A DNA stretch of 64,000 nucleotides from Felis catus (Eukaryota), in assembly GCF_018350175.1 (NCBI RefSeq), contig NC_058368.1, forward strand, positions 67,396,001-67,460,000. Direction: 5' to 3'. Shown here piece after piece: positions 35,453 to 48,665 of the stretch; position 1 is the stretch's first letter; each line of letters starts with the position of its first letter. Under the pieces are notes generated by a model. The model was not told the origin of the DNA and searched no databases. It saw only the letters and a program-made list of their open reading frames with translations. The translations under genes and the position numbers were made by a program.

Positions 35453-36439
35453 CACATCGATTTATCATTAAACACAATCAGGCCTTACATGAGTAAAACC
35501 AAGATTAGATACCGAAAGTGGGACTATGAAGCAAAATACCTAAAATGTATTGAACCAGACGATACATGTCATGTATGCCCTTATTTTGATCACCTGACTA
35601 ATGTCTTTTAGTCATAAGTATAATATCCTATATATAGTATGAACAGTCTGTAAAATGTATATGCAAAATTTGAGGAGTAATAGAATGAATACTTGTATAC
35701 TCACCATCCAGGTTAAGAAATAAAACATTCCTAGCATTTTGGAAATCCCTCTCTATGAACCCCCACTATCACGTCCGTCTCTACCTTCCTATTTAACAAT
35801 TGTCCTAACTTTTGGGTTAAGTCATTCCCTTTTCCTTGTAATTTATACGCTATATGTATATCCATTATTATACATTATATTCTTTACTTTTGAAAAACTG
35901 AGTAGCAAGCCCAAACTCTGTAAAGATGAGTCAGATGACTACCTGGGCCCATACTGCCTTTACACGTCAGCAAGAGGACTTTCACCCCAGCCTGGCTGTT
36001 TAGAAAAGTCCAAGGAGCTAGTGGACCAGGCCCTCTAGCAGCCTGTGCTTTCCCATTCTAGACCATGTCCCAGCTGCACGGAAGCCCAGAATTTCCTCCA
36101 TAAACAGCCATGCTGACTTCCAGAACCTGCAAGGGCTGCTTCCCAAGTCTGTCTTCTCAGAGATGGACTGCTGCTTATGGTTAGCACATGGGATGGCCTA
36201 ACCATTTTAGCACTTCTAACAGAGTTATTCAAAAGCACTAGATAGTGTAGACATACAGGTTGGTGCTTATACACCTGTGCACACCAAGCCCCTCACTTGT
36301 TCGGATGGTGCCAGCTGGGAAGAGAAGAGTTGCTGCCCTGGGAGCTTGGCTGAGAATCCAAGAACTCTGCCTTCAAACCTGGCTTTTCAGCGCCAGCTTC
36401 CTTTGAGGACCTTAAAATGGGGTGCTGCTGGCAGGCAGT

Positions 36440-37625
36440 TATAGATGCATATTGCAAACTCTAGGGTAACCATTAAAAAAGTTAAAAAGAGAAGTATTAC
36501 TGATATGCTAAGAGAGAAGATAAACAGAACGATATATAAAGTGCTCAGTAAAGGGGCACCTGGGTGGCTCAGTTGGTAAAGCGTGCGGCTCTTGATCTCC
36601 GGGTTGTGAGCTCAAGCCCCATGTTGGGTGTAGAGATGACTTAAAAAAAAATCTTTAAAGAAATTACTTAAAAAATAAAGTGAAATAAAATAAAATGCTC
36701 AATTAAAACCAGAGGGGGCAGGAAAAGAGGGAGAAAAGAAATCAAGAACAAGTACAATGAATAGAAAATAGTTACAAACATGTAAGATGATAACCCAATT
36801 ATATCAATAATCATTTTAAATGTGAATGGCCTATGCCATTTGCAACTACGTGGATGGAACTAGATGGTATTAAAGCAGATTTCAGAACAAGGAAGATGGT
36901 CAGGGATTTAAGAGGTACTACATAATGATGAAGGAATTTATGTTCCAGAAGGACATAATGATCCTTAACATGTATGTACAGTTGACCTTTGAACGATGCA
37001 GGGGTTAGGGGTGCTGACCCCCAAACAGTTGAAAATTCATATATGACTTTTAAATCCCCCAAAACTTAACTACTGATAGGCTACTATTGACTGGACATCT
37101 TACTGATAACATAGTCATGTTATATACTGCATTCTCACAATAAAGTAAGCTAAAGAAAAGAAATGCTATTGAGAAAATCATAAAAGAGAGAAAATGCATT
37201 TACAGTACTGTACTATATTGAAAAAAAAATCAATGTATAAATGGACCCGTGCAGATCAAACCCGGGTTGTTCAATGGTTGACTATACTGCATCCAACAAC
37301 AGAACACATGTTCTTCTCAAACTTGCACAGAACATTCAGGAAGATAGACCACATTCAAGGCCATTTAACACACCCTAACAAATGTAAGAGAATAGAAATC
37401 ATGCAAAATATATTCTCAGGTAACAACAGAATTAAATTAGAAATCTATAGAAGAAAGATAGCTGGAAAATTCCAAAATATTTGGAGATAAAACAACATAC
37501 TTCTATGTAGGACATGGCTCAAAGAAGAAACCTCGAGAGAAATTTTTAATTTGGGACTAAATAAAAAAGAGAACTTACCAAAATGTGTGAGATGCAGTGA
37601 AAGTAGGGCTTAGAGGGATATTTGC
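36440..37625 (+). mobile_element. Old L1M inter-ORF and ORF2 endonuclease fragment, interrupted by a short SINE (about 36552-36690) and a Tigger element
   Basis: aatgtgaatggcct, cagaacacatgttcttctcaa...ggaagatagaccacatt motifs. Confidence 0.8.
36979..37284 (-). mobile_element. Tigger2/MER28-like non-autonomous DNA transposon
   Basis: Terminal inverted repeats cagttgacctttgaac ... gttcaatggttgacta with TA on both sides. Confidence 0.8.
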
Positions 37626-37819
37626 TGGTTACAAGCAAGTCACTTTTACTTACACCCAAGGGGACAGCAGTTAGTTTTGCCTTTTCAAGGGAGGAAGCCT
37701 CAAAGATTTTGAGGCCATATTTTGAAATCACCACAGCAACCCATACCTCCCTTTGGTTGTTCTCTGTGGCCTAAGTAGTGAAATGGCCTGGTGGCAATTT
37801 CAAGTTAGAATTTAACTGA

Positions 37820-38045
37820 GCAGCTCATGGTGGCTCAGTCGGTTAAGTCTCTGACTTGGGCTCAGGTCATGATCTCGCAGTTCGTGAGTTTGAGCCCCAC
37901 ATCGGGCTCTGTGCTGACAGCTCAGAGCCTGGAGCCTGCTTCGGATTCTGTGTCTTCATCTCTCTCTCTCTACCCCTCTGCCGTTCATGCTCTGTCTCTG
38001 TCTCTCTCAAGAATAAATATTTAAACAAATTAAAAAAAAAAACCA
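37820..38045 (+). mobile_element. SINEC_Fc-like
   Basis: Canonical body and A tail. Confidence 0.87.
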
Positions 38046-40851
38046 CAAAAATTTAATTGAACCATTAATGTATTGCCTTGAACTGACTCAGATCTGGAAG
38101 ACAGGTTAAAAACAAAAACAAAATCCCAAACCTGTCAAGGAAGGTGGCTCAGTCCTGGCGCTTGTGGTGGCGGGGGAAGGGATCATACGAATCAACTCAG
38201 GACGTATGGTTTCATGACATGCCACACTTTGGAGCCACCTGATTAATTTATCACAACTGGGGGGGGATATCCACAGGGGCCGGAGTATTTTAATTGGAAT
38301 CTGATTGCCATGGCCACGGTACTGCCTGCCAGGATAACCAAGTGCAGTTTACCCCTGGTGGTTAGCAGCTTTCACATGGGCACACGCATCTTGAGCTCCT
38401 CCCGTTCCCCTGAGATCTGGGAGCCCATCCCAGTGACAGCGCTCGCACTCAGCATTCCGTGTTGAGAGAAGGCTTTTTGTACTGAGCTGTCACCTCTCTT
38501 AGGAGACGGATACAGAATCTGTTCACTACACCTTCATGCCTCCTTCCTTAAATGTATCTTCTTGCTCTGCAGAGGCTGGAAAGCTAAAACCCATGCCTTT
38601 CTCAGACTCCTTTCCAGCTCATATTCTGGAAGCAAATTGGTTTCTGCCAATTAGATACACTCTTGAATGACATGAAAGAGAGAAGTGGGACAGGAACTAT
38701 TTGCCTGCCGTCGTTTTTGCTGGCAAGCAAGGCTATGCGGATCAGTGTCAGTAGGTAAAGGCAGCTGTTGAACTAAGCGTGTCTAGGCACAACTCTCAAC
38801 AGCATCAAGTGGCTGTTGAGACAGCGGTGCCTTTTTCTCTTATCAGAGGATCAAACTCCAGAATTTCACAGCTCCGATGCTGTCCTGCCCTCCACACACT
38901 CCTGTATCTCTGTTATGATTTTGCAAGCATCTAATTGGGTGCAATTATCTTACTGCTTAAACTACCTGCAGTGGTTTCACTTTTCCTACCATAACACTGG
39001 TTCCCCTTAACTGTCTATATGTTTTGTTATGAAAATGAAAGTTTATGTCAAAAAATGTGGTGGTGGGGAGCTGCCTGGACTAGGTGAGCATCATCTATCC
39101 AATCCTTTATTCCCTTTTCCTCGAGTCTCTGTATTCTTTCCTTTAGACTTGTTAAGGGATTTCTGACTTTTGAGATGTAATTGGTCGTGGGACAAAGTTC
39201 TGTACACATTTACATCGAATGGTCTTTCCCCAACTTGTTATGCACTGAATACACAATCTCTGGAGGTTCCCCGTATCTGTACATTCTTCCAGGTAGAATA
39301 TGGGGACCGTGCTCCTGATCTAACAACCTCAAAGTCTAGTTCCCCATTCTCCAAGTTTCAGAGGGGACATAGTTTAGCAAATTTCTACAACTTCTTCTAG
39401 ACTTCTAACTCTGGTGTATCAGTTGTCAGGATTACCTCCCCCTCCGCCTCCCCCTACCAGGGCCATGTGAAATTTGTGGCTGATTGCCATAGCAACCATG
39501 TGACTTGGGCTCTGAGGGAAATTATTAGTTCTCACATGCAAAGGTGGCAACGTGCCCTTGGCCAAAGAAAGCAGGGTGAGGGGTTATTTCAAGATGGTTT
39601 GAGGATTTCAGTTTCCTTTATGTCAGTTCCTCTCAAACTTTCATCAGAGTCCCCCCGCTCCCCATCAGAGCTGTGAAGACATCCTAAACCTGACAGCTAT
39701 GAGCCCACCTGAGAGTCTCTGATTTAGTAGGTCTGGGGCAGGGCTAGAAAATTTGCATTTCTAGCAAGTTCTCAGGGGATGCCAATACCATCTCAAAGAT
39801 GCACTTCATTCAGTCCTACAAATCCTCTTCAATGTTGCCTTTCCCACTAGCCTGGATGCACTCCCTCCTGATCATTTCTCCAACCTTCATGTGAAAGACG
39901 TACAGAGACTTGCAAAGTCAACTCGCAAAATCAGTTTCTGGGTTTGGTTTGTACGTCTTCAACCTTACAGCTTTAGAGAGGAACCGATTTTTTTTTTTTC
40001 AAAGTTGCAGAAAAAACTGGCATATCACCAAGATGAAATTTTGAGATTTGATTTTGTTCTCTTGTTTTAAGTTATACATTGAGTGAAAAAATGACCATCA
40101 TACCTGGTTGTCCGCCATTCGTCATCCCTTTAATTTGGTCAGGGAAGCAACTATGAGGCTCCCAGAGCCCCAAACTTATTGAATATTAACAGGAGTCTCA
40201 GATTCTTTTGCCTCATAGTAGTCAAATAAATAACTAATTCCAAACACCCCACATTTCCCCATGGGTGCTCTTTTTTCTGGCACCACTTTCCCTGTTAATT
40301 AAGGTTCTTTGCTTGTCAATAACAGAAACTGATTCTGGCCTGGGGTGACTGGCAGGATAGTAGGTAGTTCACATTATCAAAGGAGAAATCGATCAGCCTT
40401 CATGAAAGACAGTAACCAGGTGAGATCCAGAGCTCTCTGTAACTCAAGGCAATCCCCCTGCCCCATCTACCCTCAGCCCTTTGAAATTCTACTCCAGATT
40501 CCATTCCTGTGAGAGGGAATGTGACGGACCTAGTGTGGATCATGTATTTGATGGACCCTAAGGTGGTAGTAGGAAAAGGGGCTTTGATAGAGATACCGTC
40601 AGTGGTTCAGAACCCAACACGATTGCATGGAGAGTGGCGTGAAACTCCCCAAAAGGAAGATATTCCAAGCAGAAGGGTAACAGATGTCTGTCTAGTCTGA
40701 ACAGTACTGACTCTCTTTTACCACCCAGCTCTACGACCTTGCTTTTAGGAAAGGTATCCTGATGCTTTTCTTCAACAGGTTCTCTCTCCCTGAAGCGAAG
40801 GGTCAAGATTTAAAGATGCAGATAACACAGGACAAAGGATAGCACCTTTCT

Positions 40852-40853
40852 TT

Positions 40854-40909
<56 letters not shown>

Positions 40910-41388
40910 ATTTTGTAATTTACATCCAAGTTAGTTAGCATATAGTGCAACAATGATTTCAGGAGTAGATTCCTTAATGGGCCTTAGCCATTTAGCCCCC
41001 CCCCCCCCCACAACCCCTCCAGTAACCCTCTGTTTTTTCTCCATATTTAATAAGAGTCTCTTATGTTTTGTCCCCCTCCCTGTTTTTATATTATTTTTGC
41101 TTCCCTTCCCTTATGTTCATCTGTTTTGTATCTTAAAGTCCTCATATAAGTGAAGTCATATGATATTTGTCTTTCTCTGACTGACTAATTTTGCTTAGCA
41201 TAATACCCTCTAGTTCCATCCACGTAGTTGCAAACGGCAAGATTTCATTCTTTTTGATTGCTGAGTAATACTCCATTGTGTATATATACCACATCTTCTT
41301 TATCCATTCATCCATCGATGGACATTTGGGCCCTTTCCCTACTTTGGCTGTTGTCAATAGTGCTGCTGTAAACATTGGGGTGCATGAA
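40852..41388 (-). mobile_element. 5'-truncated carnivore/felid L1 with a (TTTC)n tail
   Basis: ORF2 C-terminus in ORF 41142..41396; perfect TSD gatagcacctttct at 40838-40851 and 41389-41402. Confidence 0.95.
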
Positions 41389-43019
41389 GATAGCACCTTT
41401 CTATCCCTTTGAATAGTTTGGATTTTTCTCTCTCAGGGAGGTACATACTCCCTACTTATTGATTCTCCATCTAGATTCTGGGATCTTAGCTTCCTTCATA
41501 CAGATACTAGGATCCTAACCGGCTCAAGACAGGACAGTCACTGTTGCTTAGAAAAGCATAGAAAATCAAACACATTCATAGGAATTTTCCCATTCTTTTC
41601 AGGGATGTATGCTGTTGCTTATTTTTTCTTCTTCTGTCTTGTTCTCCTGCCTTCTAATTTTAGCTTCACCTGCAATAGTAAGGGGAGACAGCGTTCAGGA
41701 CCTGCTTCTGCCTCTTGGCCCTGCTCCTTGTGAAAGCCAGTCTCCCCCGCACCCCCTCAAGCACACATCGAGTCTTTATTCCAAAGGACAAGATGGCTTT
41801 CAGGAACCAGTACATAGTACGGGTAGTACCAGAGCGGCTGGCAACCAGAAACTGTATCAGTTGGCTTTCACCAGAGTAGCAAACAATCCCCCAATATCGT
41901 ATTGAGGATAGGAAAGTCTACTGTTTATGTTTTACATCGGCTGTAGGTTGCTGTGGCATTGATGCATGTGGTCTCCTTACAGGACCTAGACAAGAACAGC
42001 AGCCCCTTTTCTGAGACATGCTTTTCTTTTGGAAGAACAGCTAAGTCACATGTTAGCTCTTGAAGAGGGAGTGATAAACCCAAAGTGGCAAATGGGGCAC
42101 TCCAGATGAAGGGTGTATGAGGATATTTTGTACTATCTTTGGAACCCTTTATAGTAGGATATAGGTTTCCCCCAACGCTGAAAATAGGGCATTCCTAGGA
42201 AATCTTCTGTAAGCTGCAATGATGTAAGGCAAACAAGCAATTACACTAATTTATATGGAAAATGTTTTGAGCACTCCCAGACCCCAAAATTTACCTTTCT
42301 TGGGCACATCTTATGGATGCACAAAATACAGGGAGATAAAGCACAGATGCTTGCAGGGACATTTCAGAGCTCTGGTGGCCTGATGGCTGCAAAGCCGAGT
42401 CTAGTTTCCAGGGAACTAGGGGCTTGCACGCTTGCTGCTCACAGCACACGCTGCCTGTATGAGGGCTCCCTGCAAGACAAATGCTGGACACTATTTCTGC
42501 TTTTTTTTTTTTCTTTCATAAAAGAGAAAATCCTCTTCAGGTTTCTTTTGGTTGGAGAAAACAGTTACTAATGTTGGTCTTTCGTAAAAGTGGAGTGGCA
42601 TACCATGAATTTTTGAAAGGGTGGTGGGGTGAGGGTAGCTGTATAAATGTGTCTCATGTAAAGGTGTCCTGAGGAAGTGTTGGGTCACCATATTGTACAC
42701 CTGAAGCTAACAGTATACAGTATGTTAACTAACTGGAATTTAAATAAACACTTAACAAATAATAAGGGCAATCCCGAAGAAGGCAGTGTGGGTCTGTATA
42801 CTGGTTCCATGAAGTTACCAGGCACCCAGCTTCTCCCGGCTCTCTGCAACTTTCCATGTGCCCTGCCCCCTTGTGGTTGAAGATGGGTGCTGCAGTTCCC
42901 ACAATCACCCTCTAGGTCACTGCATGGAGTAAGGGGAGACTATGCTTGTTAACATTTAAGTGTAAAATTATGTCAAAATAAAAAGTTAGGAAAAACAAGT
43001 GATTTGTGTAAACATTTCT

Positions 43020-43206
43020 CTTTTTTTAAGTTTATTTATTTTGAGAGAGAAAGAGAGCACAGGGGAGGGGCAGAAAGACAGGGAGAGAGAATTCCAAGCA
43101 GGCTCTGCACTAACGGCATAGGGCTTGAACTCAGAAACTGTGAGATCATGACCTGAGCAGAAATCTAGAGCAGGACCCGTAACCGACTGAGTCACCCAGG
43201 TACCCC
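43020..43206 (-). mobile_element. SINEC
   Basis: Canonical body; TSD aacatttct. Confidence 0.85.
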
Positions 43207-43493
43207 AACACATTTCTTTTTTAAGTAAAATTTCAATAATTATTTTAGCTAGGTATCATAATGGGAGTCGTGACAGTGATGAATCCAATCATTTAGGATT
43301 TCTAGAAATTTGAGGGACTAGAAATTTAAGATTTTGACAAAGGGGATCATCAAATGGGAAAGAGGATCTAGTAAGAAGTGAAGCTTCATTATTTTTCTTG
43401 GAGGTAAATATAATATATAAGTCCAGGAAAAATTTCTTCAAGAATGACTCATAGGAACAATATCCTGGTGTTCTCACATGTTAAAAATGGCTG

Positions 43494-43509
43494 ATCTGTG
43501 GCCTTTGTT

Positions 43510-43534
<25 letters not shown>
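43494..43534. repeat. (TG)n microsatellite
   Basis: Read directly. Confidence 0.95.
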
Positions 43535-43556
<22 letters not shown>

Positions 43557-43958
43557 CCTTTGTTCTTACATAAGTTTTGCTCAATTGCCTTATAGAAATG
43601 AATGCCCAGCAATACAGAAAGTATAGACCCACCCAGTCTAAACTTACTTTATCTAATAAATGACCTGAACTTTTTGTCTGGCTGTTCATAGTGTTACTTC
43701 TTTTTCTTTAGAATTTAGCATTTTTACCTGGATATGTCTCAAGAGTGATAGTTTTGAAACAGTTTTTCCTGGTACAAAGGTACCTGAATTTAAGGTACAC
43801 ATTCAAATCCTATTCTAATCTTGGAGAATTGTTTTATGTATTGATACATGTGTTCTCTTCCTGTATTTCCATTTTCTCTGTTGGGAACTCAGAAGTGTGT
43901 GTAGAATTGGATATTGCTTGCCTGCTTTCTCATCGACATTTTCTGCCAATCCTTATTT

Positions 43959-44176
43959 AAAATTTTTTTTTCAATGTTTTTATTTATTTTGGGGACAGAG
44001 AGAGACAGAGCATGAACGGGGAAGGGGCAGAGAGAGAGGGAGACACAGAATCGGAAACAGGCTCCAGGCTCTGAGCCATCAGCCCAGAGCCCGACGCGGG
44101 GCTCAAACTCACGGACCGCGAGATCGTGACCTGGCTGAAGTCGGACGCTTAACCGACTGCGCCACGCAGGCGCCCC
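43959..44176 (-). mobile_element. Young SINEC_Fc
   Basis: Perfect TSD tgccaatccttattt at 43944-43958 and 44177-44191; CpGs intact. Confidence 0.95.
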
Positions 44177-44299
44177 TGCCAATCCTTATTTTAATTAACA
44201 TTTTTATTGAAGTATAATATTCCTATGAAAACTGCACAGATCATAAATGCATAGCTCATTGAATTATCATACCCATGTAGCCACAACTCATACTTTAAT

Positions 44300-44525
44300 T
44301 TTAAAAAAAAAAATTTTTTTTTCAACGTTTATTTATTTTTGGGACAGAGAGAGACAGAGTATGAACGGGGGAGGGGCAGAGAGAGAGGGAGACACAGAAT
44401 CAGAAACAGGCTCCAGGCTCTGAGCCATCAGCCCAGAGCCCGACGCGGGGCTCGAACTCACGGACCGCGAGATCGTGACCTGGCTGAAGTTGGACGCTTA
44501 ACCGACTGCGCCACCCAGGCGCCCC
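44300..44525 (-). mobile_element. Young SINEC_Fc
   Basis: Near-identical to the copies at 16458, 43959 and 47115. Confidence 0.93.
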
Positions 44526-44849
44526 AAATTTTTAAAAACATTTTATTTAATTTCATTTTGCTTCCTTTTCTCATTCCTAAACTGTACGTATCTTTCTAGG
44601 TTTTCAGCATGAGTTTCCTTTCCAGTTTGGCCTTCAATGCTGTAATTGCTTCTTTTTTCCTCCACATTTTTCCCTGAGTTCTGTCATCTTTCAATTCTCC
44701 ATTTCCTCCCCAGGCTCTGTATCTCTACTTGTTCTTTTGATGTATTGCATATTTACAGGAAAGTGCTACATACTAAGTATATCCTACCTATGATCATGCA
44801 ATATAGGCAACATCTAAATATATCATGATCTTGGTCCATCAAAATACAT

Positions 44850-45990
44850 AATATTTCCAATATGTAGGACCCCATATACTCTTCACAGATAATACCCATT
44901 ACCCAGAGGTAATTTCCATTCAGGCCTTTTCACTATAGATTAATGTTGTTTCTTCTTGAACTCTTTCATATAAATGGAATTATCCAGTAAATTGTCTTTT
45001 GTATCATTATTTTTAATTGTGGTAAAATATACATAGCAAGGGGCACCTGGGTAGTTCAGTCATCTGACTCTTGATATTGGCTCAGGTCATGATCTTATAG
45101 CTCCTGGAATCAAGCTCCACGTGGGGAACCTGTGCTGACAGCATGGAGCCTGTGTGGGATTCTCTGTCTTTCTCTGCCCCTCCCCTGCACATGTGCACGC
45201 ACTCTATCTCTCTCTCTCTCCCTCTCAAAATAAATAAAAAGTATATATGTAACAAAAGTTTACCTTCTTAATCATTTTAAGTCTACAGTTCAACATTATT
45301 AAGTATAGTCACATTGTTACAGTACGCACTCCTTTGTGTTTATATTATTAAAGTCATTATATGAATGAGTTTATCATTTTTTAAAAAATTCATTCTGTTG
45401 AGATATTTTCAGTTTGTGGCTATTATACATAAAGCTGCTGTGAACATTATTGTACAAGGCTTTTTGCGGACATATGTTTTCATTTTTCTAATACCAATGC
45501 CTAGGAATGGAATTTCTAGGTCATCAGGTAGACATAGATATAATTAAAAAAAATTTTTTTAAAGCTTATTTATTTTTTAGAGAGAGGTAGGGGGGAGAGA
45601 GAGAGAATCCCAAGCAGGCCCTACAGGGCCACACGAAGCCCAATGTGGGGTTTGAACTTATGAACTGTGAGATCATGACCTGAGCTGAAACCAAGAGCAG
45701 ACACTTAACGACTGAGCCACCCAGCCGCCCCAGATATAAATTTAACTTTGTAACACATTACTAAACAGTTTTTCCAAAGTGGTTGTAACATCTCATGCTC
45801 ACCAGCCATGTGTGAAAGTTACCGTTGCTCTAAATGCTTGCAACCCTTGATATTGTCAAACGTTTTTCACTGTAAGTCATCCTGATGGGTGTGCAGCAGT
45901 ATCTCATTCAGGTTTTAATTTGCATCTCCTTGGTGACAAATCATGTTGTGCACTGTTTCATGTGCCTATTGGCCACTTGATTCTGTTCTT
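44850..45990 (-). mobile_element. Old L1M 3' fragments with SINECs at about 45039-45240 (+) and 45550-45731 (-)
   Basis: aaagctgctgtgaacatt...gcctaggaatggaatttctaggtcat...ttttaatttgcatctcc. Confidence 0.75.
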
Positions 45991-46739
45991 TTTGATTACT
46001 TATCTTTAAATGAAGTGAAGTTTTCCTAAAGCTGTTTTTGTAGGGAGTTTGTATAGAGGAAAATATGGGGCTGTGTTCCATGCTGGTCATCATTTTTCTT
46101 ATGATCCAAGGATTGGTATGAATTGATCTAGTTTTCACTACTTCTGTGCAAAGGGAGACATGTAACCACAAGGCTGTTCATCACGTGAAGTTTCTCTTCT
46201 CTTCCATGGTGATACACTGCTTCTGGGAAATGATAATTAATCAATTATCATTTATTGATGATACATAACATCATTTATTTCAAGTCCATATCTTTTGTTT
46301 CTTGGAACTAGAATGTGCTGTAAGTAGCTTCTGTCACCAACCAGTGTATCTCATTCGTCTTGTTGCAAGCCAGGTATTTGGGTTTTGCAGTATAGGAAAT
46401 GCCTCTACCTTGGAGAACTATCTTGCTGAATTTTTAAACTTTTTTTTTTTTTTTTTTAGATGTGCATTATCAGGCATCCTCTCTCTGATTCCTCTACCGT
46501 TTGGCATTTCTCCCGCTTACTTTGGGAGTTGGAGATCCAACATTCTTCTACATTTTGTTGAGATTGCAGTTAGCTTTCCTCTTTCTTATTTGTTGTGGTG
46601 ATGCTGGTGACTTTGGGTGATTTCCAAGAAGGAAAGGAGATACTGACCTGTCACTACCACCTTCAAAGTAGAAGTTTTGGTAAATATCAATTACCAAATT
46701 AAAGCAGTTAGTTTGCTTCCATATTTTGCTGAGATTATT

Positions 46740-46828
46740 TATTTATTTTTAAAGTTTATTTATTTATTTTGAGAGAAAGAGAGAGATCACAGGAGAGAGG
46801 CAGAGAGGCAGAGAGGGAGAGAGGGAGA

Positions 46829-46878
<50 letters not shown>

Positions 46879-47335
46879 CCCAAGCAGGCTCCACACTGTC
46901 AGCCTAGAGCCCAACATGGGGCTCCATTTCAGGAACCATGAGATCATGACCTGAGCTAAAATCAGCAGTTAGGATGCCCAACTGACTGAGCCACCTAGGC
47001 ACCCCTATTTTTTTTTAAACATGAATGGGTGCTGTATGTTATTTAAGGATTAAATATATTAGAATGATTTTTCATCTACCTGTTAATTTGACATATTTCA
47101 TTGAAAGATGTTTTTTTTTTAATTTTTTTTTCAACGTTTATTTATTTTTGGGACAGAGAGAGACAGAGCATGAACAGGGGGAGGGGCAGAGAGAGAGGGA
47201 GACACAGAATCGGAAACAGGCTCCAGGCTCTGAGCCATCAGCCCAGAGCCCAAAGCAGGGCTCGAACTCACGGACCGCGAGATCGTGACCTGGCTGAAGT
47301 CGGACGCTTAACCGACTGCGCCACCCAGGCGCCCC
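46740..47335 (-). mobile_element. Two SINECs (about 46740-47005 with expanded (GA)n; young copy at 47115-47335)
   Basis: Second copy has TSD tcattgaaaga(t/c)gtttt. Confidence 0.9.
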
Positions 47336-48254
47336 TCATTGAAAGACGTTTTGATGTTGATCTATCCTTGTATCCCAGGATAACCTCTTCTTTGTCTTCC
47401 ATTTTTAACTACCTGAATTTGATCTGGAAATATTCCATTTAAGACTGCTTTATCTAGTCTCATAATTTAGTTGATGATTTTCTTTTCTTTCCAATTTTAT
47501 CATCTAGCCTCTTAAAATGAGTTGGAGAAATTTTCCTCTTTTTGAAAATACTCTGAAATACTTTGTATATAGCAGGGATTACAAATCTGTGAGGGCCAGG
47601 TGGCTTTTTTTAGGAAGAGACACGTAATTACTAATTTACTTTCTTTAACAGCTATTGGCTTATCCAGACATTCTATTTTTCTTTTCATCTCTACTTTCGA
47701 ACTTACTGGCATAAAGACATTCAATGTTTTATCTTACAAATTAAAACATCTCCACCATATTTCTGGTGTGTGCTCCTTTTAAATTCTAATCTGCCTTTTC
47801 TCGATTTTTTTTTAGCTTGTTCTATTTATGTCTGTTTTGTAACTTCTATCAATAATGAACTTTTTGGTTTAGATCCCTCATATTTCTTTGCCACTCCCAA
47901 TACAGTCATTTCTGCTCATTTTTTATTATTTCTTTCCTTCTATTTCTTTATTCCTGCCTTATAGTGTTTCTAGCATCCTGAGCTGAACATATTGGCCATT
48001 TCACTTGCTGTAGCAGTATTCCACGAATTACGATAATGTAGCATTTTCATTATCATCTTGTTTTGTGTAATTTGGAATTTTCGTGATGATTTTGTTTTTA
48101 CCACGAGTAATTTAGAGATATATATTCTTTTGTTTCCAAGCACATGACTTGGAAAAAAAAAATCTGCTTTTTGTGGACTTTTAATTTAATTGCACTAAAG
48201 TGAACATGAAATGAACATGAAATGAGTAAGTAAAGTGAAATGCATGATAGTGAT

Positions 48255-48483
48255 TTTTTTAATGTTTGTTTGTTTGTTTACTTATTTATTTATTTATTTC
48301 CTTCCTTACTTACTTATAGCATGAGCAGGGGAGGGGCAGAGAGAGAGGGAGAGAAAATTCCAAGCAGGCTCCAAGCTCAGCACAGAACCCGACTCAGAGC
48401 TCGAACTCAGGAAAGGTGAGATCATGGCCTGAGCCAAAATCAAGAGTAGGATGCTTAACCAACTGAGCCACCCAGGTTCCCCT
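48255..48483 (-). mobile_element. SINEC
   Basis: Canonical body. Confidence 0.85.
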
Positions 48484-48665
48484 GTATGATCACGATTTTT
48501 AGGAATTTGTAAAATTTCCTTTGTGAACTAGGATTTGGTAGATTTTTGTAAATGTTGCGATTTGGAAAAAAAAAAAGGAGGTCCTATTTGATAGGCAGAA
48601 CATCATCTTTTTTGTCATACAGAGCTGTTAGAAAAAGTATTAGAAAAGCTTGTTAAGTTTTTGTT

